The notes under the pieces were generated by a model. That model was not told where the DNA came from. It searched no databases and saw only the letters and a list, made by a program, of their open reading frames with translations. Shown here piece by piece: positions 52,857 through 64,000 of a stretch of DNA of 64,000 nt. Each line of letters starts with the position of its first letter. The first letter of the stretch is position 1. This stretch comes from Octopus sinensis (Eukaryota). The position numbers and the translations under genes were made by a program. The stretch is taken from NCBI RefSeq assembly GCF_006345805.1, contig NC_043000.1, positions 159,278,001-159,342,000 of the forward strand, read 5' to 3'.

Positions 52857-53808
52857 ATAAGATTATTGTAAATATACACTTTAAAGATAGTTGATAATTC
52901 AGAAAATTTTAATATTGATTTCTAATATTGGCACAAGAGCACGTAATTTGAATATGAGCACACATTTATAAAATGTAGAAAAGGGCACCAATTTTGAGGA
53001 AGAGTATATTTGATAACGTTGTCCTTGGTATTTCTCTGGTGTGTATTTCGTCGCCCGAGGGCGGTTGAAAGGGAAACAGCGCCCTCTGGCACGATCTGAA
53101 TCTACAAGATAAAGCAGCTGCAAAGCATATTTCGTTCAACATTTCACTAACAATTTCTTCCATCAACTCTCTATTCTTGGAAAAAGTTAATTCTTACATA
53201 AGTGCAAGTCTCAAAGTCAGAGGAGAGATATAAGCGATAACGTCGATTCATAGAAGTTTTATTGACCTGCAGAAGGATGAAAGGTAAAATAGATCTCATG
53301 AAGATCTGAATTTAGAATGTAAAGGTTCGTAATTAGATACCACTTGGCGTTGTAAAGGTTCAGCCAATGCACGACCCCTGGAAAATTAACAGCAACGCCT
53401 TTCCAACAACAAAGAACAACATACGGCTTTTCTACCTTTCTGCATTTAGTATTTTTAATTTATAGAATATTAAAGAAATATATAAAGCAAATAAAGAAAT
53501 ATATAGAATATTATTAACTTAAAGTTAATTCCATAATTCATCTTGAGAATTCCTGAATATAAAGAGAACTTTTGGAGGAAGAGGGTTAAATGTTGTAAGA
53601 GTTTAAGTAATGAAATATCATCGTCAATATTTTTACTTATTTTATTGGTCTAGAAGAGATGAAACTTCACTGCAGCAAGATATGAACTTGAGAACAACAG
53701 CTGGAGAATAAGAAACCAACAGCAGCAGAACAAGATCTTAACAGCAGCAGCAGAACAACAGTAGGATAAGAATGGTGTGACAGAAGACAACGACAAAATC
53801 AGTCTTAC

Positions 53809-53993
53809 CTTTCGAGCCGTTTCATAAATCTCGTCTTTGTTACCGAGATCCACTTTATACTGGTAACAGCTACCACCAAGTTCTTTGATGGCTTTGGCAG
53901 TTGCATCATTGCCTGGAACATTAACATCCCAGAGGACCATTCGACAGCCGAGTTTGGCAAACCGAAGGGCTAGCTCACGGCCGATTCCGCTTC
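53809..53993 (-). CDS. SDR16C5-like: SDR internal coding exon (GSGIGRELALRFAKLGCRMVLWDVN...ETARK)
   Basis: Acceptor ttttacag|GAAGC at 53993, donor AAG|gtaag at 53809; 185 nt, phase 1 to 0. Confidence 0.95.
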
Positions 53994-54129
53994 CTGTAAA
54001 ATGAGACAAGAAAGAAATATTAAACTAGTGTAAAGGATGGTATTACAGACATGCGAAATTTAATTTGGCAAATTGATAACATATCACGTGATCATGTGAA
54101 TGGTCAGAGCATCAGAGTTTGTTATACAT

Positions 54130-54310
54130 TACTAACACAATGTGCATTGCATCGTTTTAGCAATGTGAGCAGGCCAGCATCTTCCCTGATCGCAAGAAGA
54201 ACCGGGACGACGTGAAATGAAGAACACAACGTGCCACCCGGTCTGGGAATCGAACCACGATCTAGCGATCGTGAGTGCAACTGCCTAACCACTAAGCTAC
54301 GAGTCTTCAC
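54130..54310 (-). mobile_element. Short tRNA-derived SINE
   Basis: Minus-strand head GTAGCTTAGTGGTTAGG...GGTTCGATTCCCAGACCGGG related to families C/D. Confidence 0.7.
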
Positions 54311-54841
54311 ATAGTATTTACTGATGAAAATATTTCAGTATTTTGATATGCTGACCCTTGTTTCTAATTCCCGACATTTTACAGAGACACCTGTAAACGA
54401 CCATCTCCTTCTGCAAACTGTAATATCCCTTAGTGAGCAACAGTGAGGCATCAATAGAGTAAGATCTACAGGACATTTGTTATCCCACGAACACACGTAC
54501 GATGTGTCTTGCTTTCCAGAAGTTCACAAAATTTATGACGCTCCCTTCAATGATACCGAATCTTTCCACCCATGTCCGACACGAGGACATCATTACAACC
54601 TTACGCATATCATCTCGCTCATCTCTCACCATTCGAAATAAACTATACTCCCAGGATGTCACCTAAATGATCGGTGCGAAACTGAAAAGTACCGTTGGTC
54701 GATAACTGACGAAGGATTATGGACTTTCTGTTTCTCTCCCATTTGATTTTACATTCAGTATACGCTATGTCGTTTGTTTATATATTTTTTAATTTATCAA
54801 GCAATGGAATGCAACACACACCGAATTTATACTAAGACGTT

Positions 54842-55158
<317 letters not shown>

Positions 55159-57962
55159 GATTGATTGATGATTGATTGATTCTAGTTTCAGCTTATGAGC
55201 TGTGGCCATGCTGGGGCACCGCCATTTGGTGTTGCTACTTGGTTTCACTTCATGGAGGCTTTCTAGCAACTGCTATTTGGTGCATGAGAGAGTTCGATGC
55301 AGCTGCCCTCATCTGCCCCTCCTGCCGTGAAGTTGGTTCATCTGGGACACCTGACAGGAAGAGATCCAGCTTCCTTTTAAAGACATCTGTATCCACCCCA
55401 TGCAGGTCTCTCAGGTTCTTCGGGAGGATATTGAAGAGCTGTGGGCCTCGGAAGCCCAGGCTATCACAGAATCTTGTCCTACATCTTGATGGCAGGTTTG
55501 GAGTCCTAGGCACCACGCAGTGGCGCCCAGTTCTGGCATTTGCGTAACTCTCGATGCCAAAGTTCAGGACACTTCCCTCCAGGATCTTCCAGATGTATAT
55601 TATGGCATATCTTTCCCGCCTACGCTCCAGAGAATATAATTTTAATCTCTTGAGTCTTTCCCAGTAGCTTACATTCTGCATAGAGGCTATCTTCTTTGTG
55701 TAGCTTCGTTGGATCGCCTCAAGTTCTGTGATCAACTTGACACTGGATGGTGACCATAGCTGAGAGCAATAGTCAAAGTGGCTTAGGACAAGTGTCTTCC
55801 AGAGGACCATCATGGTTTTTTGTTCTCTTGTTCTAAAGGTTCTGAGAATCCATCCAGCCAGCCGTCTACATTTCATTGTCAGTTTAGCAACATGTACATG
55901 AAAGGTCGCGTCATCACTCATGTGAATACCCAGGTCACGCACTGATTGTGCCTCTGGGATTGCAATCCCTCCGGGTCCAGTGTATTCATTGGGTATTGCA
56001 TTCAGTTTTGCATGCTGATAGTATAAAGCTTGAAACTTTCTAGCATTGAACTGCATGCTATTCTTTTCAGCCCACTTGTATATTTCGTCCAGCTCACATT
56101 GCAGGTGTTTAGTGTCCTCAGGGTTCTGTATTGCCTGTGAAACTTTTGTATCATCTGCATAACTTGTGATCGTGGCTCTCTGCGTGGCTGAGGGCATGTC
56201 TGAGAGGGCCATTATGAACAGTAGTGGTCCCAGAACAGTGCCCTGCGGAACACCGCTCACTATTTGTGTGTTAATGGAGGTGGCCCCATTGGCTACTACC
56301 ACCTGACTTCTATCCTTCAGAAAGTCATGAAGCCATTCTCCCAGTTTTCCAACTATGTTGAGATCACGCAGTTTGTGACATATCATTCCATGATCGACTT
56401 TATCAAAGGCCTTTGCAAAGTCGAGATATATCACTTCCACATTTGAGTGGTTGAGCAGCCGTTTCAGCACCCAGTCATAGTGTTGTAGGAGCTGAGTTAA
56501 ACAGCTTCTCCCTGGTCGGAAACCATGTTGGGTGTCGGGCAGCAAGTCATTCTCTTCAAGGAAGGTGATCAGCTTCCTTCTGACTATTCGTTCCATGACC
56601 TTGCTGATGTGTGAGGTCAGAGAGATAGGTCTATAGTTCTTGGCTTCCGCTCTGCTACCTCCTTTATGAATGGGGCATATTTTACCTTCCTTCAGTTTTC
56701 CTGGAAGTTTGCCAGCTGCAAGGAAGCTCTGAAAGAGGAACTGCAGTGGTCTTGCTAGGACTCTCTTACATGCTTTTAGGAGGATTGCCGGGAATCCATC
56801 GGGGCCAGTAGCTGAGTCTGTTTTCATTTCATCTATAGCCTTGGTTACATCGTCTTCCTTTATATCGATGTAATCTATCGTCGCCGCCTCTGATTTTATA
56901 TCTGCAGTGGTAAAAAAGTCAGTTGGATTGGTGATTTGGAGATGCCCAAGGGGTGGAGTGAAAACACTCTTGAATTGCTCATTCAGTATTTCACTTACCC
57001 TCATGGTTTTCCTGTAAGTGTGCCATCCTTTTCGAGGAGTGGCCCTATTCTACAGTGCACTGTAGCTGTTTCTTTGGCATACCTGTAGAAAGCTCTGGGG
57101 TTAGATTTTATGTTTTCTATAGCCCAGGCTTCTTTGTCTGCTCTTTCTTTTTCATGGGAGAGTTGCAGACATTTTTCGATTTCCAACAGTTTTATTTTTA
57201 GGCGGGACTTTTCACCGCTTTCAATCTGTTTGTTTAGGCGATTTGAAAATTTCGTACGCCGTCTCATTAAAATTTTCCTCTCTCTGGGGATTTTGTTCTT
57301 GTGTACAGTGGCCTTTCTCTCTGGGACACATTTGTAGCATATGGCTTGCATTACAGACATGAATTGTTGAAGTTTCACGTCGATGTCTGGCGAGGAGAGA
57401 CATTTAGGCCAGTTTTGTTTGAGGATCTCTTTCTCAATTTGTTTCCAGTTTGCCTCATGGTAGTTCAAGCTGGAAAGATTTTGAGGGTTCTTGTAGGCTG
57501 CATGTCCGTGCTCTCTTTTGGCCCGTACATGGTCAGCTCTATCATGTTGTGATCCGAGAGTAGTGTCGGTGTCACTTTCACATTATGGATGAGATCCATG
57601 TCATTTGTGAAGCAGAGATCCAGTGTGTTACCTGCCCTGGTTGGTTGGAGTATTACCTGCTCCATGTACAGGGTGTTGATGAGGTTCAGGAGGGACCTCG
57701 CCTGTCCTCGTTCACATCTTGTCATTCCTGGGAGAGAAAGGCCCTCGGGCCATCTGACATTGGGCAGATTGAAGTCTCCCATAAGGAGCACACCTATGTG
57801 TTGCTCTAATGTGGTTAGAATTTCTTCTATTTTTATAAGGCAGTCTTCAAACTTGCCCACATGGCTTGGGGCACCTGGAGGGCGATATGTAGCACACACA
57901 ACTACATCAAGTTGCCTAATATGTACAATTAGTGTGTCACACACCGAGTTTGAGTATGACAA
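55159..57962 (-). mobile_element. 5'-truncated CR1/L2-type LINE with (AATC)n tail, in SDR intron 1, same orientation as the gene
   Basis: APE endonuclease motifs (YRPP, GDFN, TRAGNTLDL), RT motifs (YRPISLTS, QHGFRPGRSC, YLDFAKAFDKV, GVPQGTVLGP, YADDT), CR1-like SLERRRER C-terminus, short 3' UTR and AATC-repeat tail. Confidence 0.93.
55250..57960 (-). pseudogene. LINE ORF2 (endonuclease-reverse transcriptase), broken by two 1-bp frameshifts near 57005 and 57480 and truncated within the endonuclease domain
   Basis: ORF track segments 57465-58079 (real part only below about 57960), 57001-57468 and 55250-57004 join into one continuous APE-RT protein. Confidence 0.9.
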
Positions 57963-58993
57963 TATACATACATGTATATATATAGTATATAATAGATATA
58001 TAACAGACAGTATATATATAGGTATATTATATATAGATATACATACATGTATATATATATATATATAATATATATACATACGCAGGGATTATATATATAT
58101 ATAGATATATAGACATATACATACATGTATATATATAGATATATATATATATATATATTGTATACAGACATGTATATAGATATATATAATAGATATAATA
58201 TTAACAATACATACATGGGTATAGATATATATATAGATATTACATAATGTATATAGAGATATATATATATATATAGAAACATGGATATATAAGAGGAGAG
58301 AGATATATAGACATACAGTAGATATAGAATATATATATATATATACATAATGTATATATAGATATATATATATATAGACATGACATGTATATATATATAT
58401 ATAATATATATATAAATCAGGTATATATATATATATAGATATAATAGACTACATGTATATATATATATATAATATATAGATACTACATGTAATATATAGA
58501 TATATATATATATATATAGTAATAGATCCATACATGTATTATATATATATATATATATATATATACCTACATGTATATATATATAGATATATATACATAA
58601 TTGTATATATATATAGAGAATATATATATATATATATACATACATGTTATATATATATATTATATATAATACATGTATATAATATATATACATACTATAT
58701 AATAGAATTACATACATATATATATATTATACATACATGTATTATATATATATATACATACATATAATATATATATATACATACATGTATATATATATAT
58801 ATCAGACATATAATAATATATACATAATGTATTATATATATATACATACATGTATATATATATATATACATACATATATATATATATATACATACATGTA
58901 TATATATATATACATACAGTATATATATATATACATACATTATAATATATATATACATACATGTATATAATATATATATATTATACATACATG

Positions 58994-59044
<51 letters not shown>

Positions 59045-59130
59045 CATGTATATATATATTATATATATACATACAGTATATATATATTATTATATATTAT
59101 ATAATACATGTATATATATTATATATATAT

Positions 59131-59177
<47 letters not shown>

Positions 59178-59209
59178 CATGTAGATATATATATATATAT
59201 ATAATATAT

Positions 59210-59250
<41 letters not shown>

Positions 59251-59472
59251 CATGTATATATATAATATATATATATATATACATACATGTATATATTATA
59301 TATATATATATAATATATACATACATGTATATATATATACTATATAATATATATACTACATGTATATATATTATATATATATATATATACATACATGTAT
59401 ATATATATATACATATATATATAGATATACATACATGTATATTATAATATACATACAGGTATATATATATAG

Positions 59473-59514
<42 letters not shown>

Positions 59515-59652
59515 CATTATATATATATATAGATATATATATCTACATACATTGTATATATATATATTATATACATACATGTATATATATAATATATAAT
59601 ACATGTATAGATATAGATAAATATACATACATGTATATATATATTAATATAT

Positions 59653-59683
<31 letters not shown>

Positions 59684-59841
59684 CATACATGGATAGATAT
59701 ATATATATATATAGACATACATGTATATATATATAGATATATAGATACATACATGTATATATATATATATAGAATATATACATACATGTAGATATATATA
59801 TAAGATACATATATGTATTAGAATATATATATATAATATAT

Positions 59842-59875
<34 letters not shown>

Positions 59876-60420
59876 ACATACAGTGTATAATATATATATA
59901 TAATATACATACATGTATATAGTAGATATATATATATAGACAACATGATTATATATATATATATATAGATAGACATACATGTATTATATATATAAGATAT
60001 ACATACAGGTATAGATATAGATAGAGATATATATATACATACATGTATATAGTGATATAGATATATAGATATATACATACATGTATATAATAAGATATAG
60101 ATATATATAGATATACATACATGTATATATATAGGATAATATTATATATACATAATGTAGATATATATATATATATATATATATACATACATGTATATAT
60201 ATATTATATATATATATATACATACATGTATATATATATAATATTATATATATACATACATGATATATATATATATATATATATATATAATCTATATATA
60301 TATATATATACATACATGTATATATATATATATATATTATAATATATATATATATATATACATACTGTATATATATATATATATATTATACACACATACA
60401 TACATGTGTATATATGTATA
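57962..60420. repeat. About 2.5-kb degenerate (TA)n-CATACATG satellite
   Basis: Recurrent TATACATACATGTATATA units with scattered insertions. Confidence 0.95.
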
Positions 60421-60637
60421 TATATATATTATTCACTAAAATGTTCTTCGTGATAAAATCATTTTAGCATTTTATATCTTGTCCTATTTTCCTTATATAT
60501 ATTATATATATATATTTCACATTAACACACACACACACACCCCTACACACATACGCGTTTGGCGATTACAAAGTGCTTATGTACGAAACCCTTGAGGCTG
60601 TAATTTCTGCTGATTAATAACAATAATGTATATATGT

Positions 60638-60675
<38 letters not shown>

Positions 60676-61508
60676 AAACGGGCGGAGAGTAGCCGGCCGC
60701 AACAACTATTAAAACACCGATAACATAGTAAAAAGTACAAAAATCAAGAAAATAAAATCTCTCCGAAAAATTTAATGAAATAATTATGGTGACACAGAAA
60801 CATTTCATCAGTAACACTGTGTCCCTTTTTTCCCCTTCCTCTGTTGCACTAATAAGGAATGTTAGACAGGGTGCTCGTAATATACTCCCGAGAGTATATG
60901 AAGAGAAAGAAAAAGGCATACTATGATTGCCTAAACGTTGACATTTCATTCGTAATTTAGAACGATCATCATAATAATCATCATCATCGTCGTCAGCAGC
61001 AGGAGGCTGTTCTGAATTATTATTCTTGTCGAACAAAATGCTTTGTGGAGTTTTAGTTATGTTCCATTACTGTCTAAGTTCAAATCCCGTCAGGCCAACT
61101 TTATCTTTTGCTATGTCAGTGTCGATAAAGTACCAGTCAACTACTACGGTCAAGATAAACGATTATTCCTCTTTTCGCAAACACTGACCTTTGGCAAATA
61201 TAAAATTTCATTATGATCATCACCGTCGTCGTCGTTTGACGGCAGTAGCAGACTGCATTCGGAGCCTGTGGGACGTGTTGAGCATAAAAAAAAAGCAACC
61301 TAAAATCATCTTTTTCTAACGTAAATTCAAACGACGTCTGAATTCATTTTGCCTAGGAACTGACTGTAGAGAACACAGAAAATGCTTGGTCGCGGTGAGT
61401 TGGAACTTGATATGTTTCCTCTCTGACGCCCGATAGTTAAATATGGTAGGGCTAATATCATGGCTTGGAGCAGTGCACTAAGAAAAAATAAACACAGCAG
61501 AACCCATA

Positions 61509-61971
61509 CCGTAAATCCTCGAGTATCCGCACCCCTCCCCCCAATTTAAAGGTAAAAATCCCTACTGCGTAGTATATACGAGATTAAAAGTGAAAATTAT
61601 TTTTTAAGCAATGTCCGAGTCTCTATTTGCTGTCCGGCAATGTTTATTCAGACGCATTTTGTGATGTCGAGCGCGAAAATCCCTTAAGCTGAGCCTGAAA
61701 GCAATGAAGTCACAAAAGAATCATCCATAACTTGCAGTAAGCAACATTTATTAAACGTTATTACTGTTATTTCTTTATTTTCTGCAAACAAAATGCACAA
61801 AAAAGCTACACCTTTGCATTATGTTATATATACAATAATAATAAAGGACGTTGATTCAAGACAGAGAAGGGGTGCGTATTATACACAAGGTTTAGGTTTT
61901 TCAGAGGTACAGCACCCTAGAAATCCCCTGCGTATTATACTCAAGGGCGGACTATACTCGAGGATTTACGG
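61509..61971. mobile_element. Tc2-like MITE, copy 3 (about 50-bp internal deletion)
   Basis: Same TIRs and TA flanks; lacks the segment between two GACGTT motifs. Confidence 0.9.
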
Positions 61972-61979
61972 TATATCAG

Positions 61980-62200
61980 ATGAAGGACATCAAGAAAAAT
62001 AGGATCCATTTGGGGGCCTTGGAGAAAACTATGTTTTAACGTTTTGAGTTATTTGAGCCGGTCGAGGACTTTCCAACAAAATGATCCAAAGCATATTGCA
62101 GGAATAATCAAAAGTACGAATTCGAGAGCTGCAGAGGCCAATACAATTCTTGAAGCGAAACCGGACAGCAATATCAAAACAGATTCACATGAAAAGAAAT
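61980..62200 (+). pseudogene. Decayed Tc1 transposase fragment
   Basis: TFQQNDPKHIAGIIK resembles the Tc1 FQQDNDPKH motif. Confidence 0.45.
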
Positions 62201-62269
62201 CCAGAAAATTAAATATACCCGCCATCAACTCTCAAAAAAACAAGAAAAGAAAAATCTAGATATCACATT

Positions 62270-62579
62270 GTGGAAGCGCAATGGCCCAGTGGTTAGGGCA
62301 GGGAAGATTGCGGTTTCGATTCCCAGATCGGACGTTGTGGTTATTGAACGAAAACACCTAAAAGCTCCACGAGGATCCGGTAGGGGTTGGGTGGCGACCT
62401 CTGTTGTACTCTTTCGCCACAACTTTCTCTCATTCTCTCTTCCTGTTTCTTGAGTAACGCTGCGATGGACTGGCGTCCCGTCCAGCTGCGTGGTGGGAAC
62501 ACATACGCCACAGAAACCGGGAAACCGGGCCCATGAACCTGGCTAGGCTTGAAAAGGGCGAAAAAAGAAAAGAAAAGAG
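62270..62579 (+). mobile_element. Chimeric SINE (family D head, tail as at 26589), A-rich end, 8-bp TSD
   Basis: ATCACATT at 62262-62269 and 62580-62587. Confidence 0.8.
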
Positions 62580-63014
62580 ATCACATTATCTGTGATTACC
62601 AAACTTAAAAATTCACTGTCTCGAGAAAGGGATTCCGTTTTTGAGAAATTTTGGATACTCGATCAAATACTTGTCATATGGCTACAGTATTTAATTATTT
62701 ATCTTTGATGGATATATTCCAGTTAATTGAAAAAAGAAAAACATGCTTAACTCTTAATTTAAGTGACATATTTCTGGAGATATCGATACTGTCATTTGTA
62801 GTATCAGATTAATTAAAATTTTTCGTGTTTAAAATCATATTAAGAAAGCAAAGCAAAATGTTTCATTCTAAGCATATGTGGTTTGAGTTGCAAGGGATTA
62901 AGATATTATTTATTGCCGTTCTGGTGATACATCTCACAACTTGGATGGATTTAAAAGCATTTAAGCATTTGCAAGCGAGTCGCTTCCTCTGATTTTTCTG
63001 AAGGCGCAACGGAG

Positions 63015-63024
<10 letters not shown>

Positions 63025-63081
<57 letters not shown>
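63025..63081. repeat. (GATA)n(GA)n microsatellite
   Basis: Direct reading. Confidence 0.9.
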
Positions 63082-63083
<2 letters not shown>

Positions 63084-63229
63084 AGAACTTGACTGATTCT
63101 TGTCTGTCTACATTGAAGGAATGAAAGTTAAACTCGGATTTGCAAAGAGCCGGAACAAATACCACAAGGCACTTTCTCCGATTGAAGGAGGGGAGAAATA
63201 TTTAATCATCAATAAACTCGCCAATGAAT

Positions 63230-63576
63230 TCCTTTCTTGGAAAGGTCTGAAATTTTGTGAAATGGGGATAGTCGATTACATCCACCCCGGTGCTCAACTA
63301 GTACTTATTTTATCCATCCCGAAAGTATAAAAAGCAAAGCCGACTTCGGCGAAGACAGACGAAATACCTATTTTCTTACTACCCACAAGGGGCTAATCAC
63401 AGAGAGGACAAACAAGGACATACAAACGGATTAAGTAATTGGTACTTATTTAATCGACCCCGAAAGGATGAAAGGCAAAGTCGACCTCGGCGGAATTTGA
63501 ACTCAGAACGTAGCGGAAGACGAAATACCGCTAAGCATTTCGCCCGGTGTGCTAACGTTTCTGCCAGCTCGCCGCC
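63230..63576 (-). mobile_element. Young SINE B copy abutting or nested in an older B-related copy
   Basis: Young copy at about 63352-63576, older remnant at 63230-63351. Confidence 0.8.
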
Positions 63577-64000
63577 CTTAACTCACTTTTAAATTGATAA
63601 CATATATACACGTATAGGTGAGAGCTCATGCGCAGGCATTGCCCATGGTTAAAATGTTCGCTTCTAGATCAACTTGCTTCGGTTTCAGTCCGACTAATTG
63701 ACAGCTCATCGTGTGTGTTTGTGTGCATGCGTGTGAGTGTATATATGTATTCGGGTATGTGAGTGTACTTATATGTGTGTGTTTAATCAAAGGATACTGT
63801 AAACTACAAGCTATCAAAAGAATTCACTGCAGACTAGGGGGGAAATTGATAAAGAACTTTTGTTTTCTTTTTATATAAAACCGAATGCTACAAATAGATA
63901 TTGTTTATCTCTTTATGGGAGGTCGTCAAACATTAAAACAACATTGTTAATTATGCCATTAATGAGCAAATGAAGATGGAGCGTGAAAGAGAGAGATGAG

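Larger units (their letters stand above)
20429..53993 (-). other. SDR16C5-like: Gene model span: SDR16C-family short-chain dehydrogenase/reductase (epidermal retinol dehydrogenase 2 / RDH10-like), 5'-incomplete, with alternative last exons
   Basis: Spliced translation gives the GSGIG end of the Rossmann TGxxxGxG motif, LWDVN, NNAG, catalytic Ser (VASAAG), [19 protein letters not shown] and an SDR16C-type C-terminus. Intron phases are 1,0,0,2,2 and all sites are GT-AG. Family assignment is from motif recognition; 1:1 orthology is not established. Confidence 0.93.

Noticed and set aside
54315-54345. CTGATGA motifs here and near 6900, 45125 and 60805 as hammerheads
   Set aside because: No helix II followed by GAAA
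54380-54470. TTTACAG|GTGT and, at 62590, GTAATCACAG as possible ...TG ends of exon 1
   Set aside because: Upstream translation is not SDR-like, or no GT donor follows
57929-60401. Many overlapping YI-rich ORFs, also at 54774-55269
   Set aside because: TA-rich satellite, not coding
60543-61036. Hydrophobic ORF (FLDFCTFYYVIGVLIVVAAG) as the missing first SDR exon, near a GC-box and (GA)n
   Set aside because: No K.V.G..VLITG motif and no phase-1 donor; it runs into (CT)n. The first exon is more likely beyond 64000.

Overview
AT-rich, repeat-dense eukaryotic genomic DNA. The SINE/LINE repertoire looks like an octopod cephalopod (Octopus-like); this is my recognition of the repeats, not a database result. 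One host protein-coding gene is supportable: a minus-strand SDR16C-family short-chain dehydrogenase/reductase (epidermal retinol dehydrogenase 2 / RDH10-like). Its coding exons are 53993-53809, 44805-44674, 41368-41124 and 35783-35658, all with GT-AG sites and matching phases. The first coding exon was not found and probably lies beyond 64000. The most notable feature is two homologous, in-phase alternative terminal exons: A at 29921-29822 and B at 20522-20429, with 13 identical residues of about 31, many at synonymously changed codons. A weaker third in-phase candidate lies at 15630-15333. Intron 1 holds a 5'-truncated CR1/L2-type LINE (endonuclease + RT, two 1-bp frameshifts) inserted in a TA-rich satellite. 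Its 3' end shares a double stem-loop, with compensatory substitutions, with the commonest local SINE. The rest is tRNA-derived SINEs, MITEs/foldbacks, mariner/Tc1/hAT/HINE/CRE/Merlin-like remnants, Penelope-like fragments carrying minimal hammerhead-like motifs, and microsatellites. Most ORFs in the supplied track are microsatellite or SINE artefacts. I saw no rRNA, true tRNA gene or CRISPR array.
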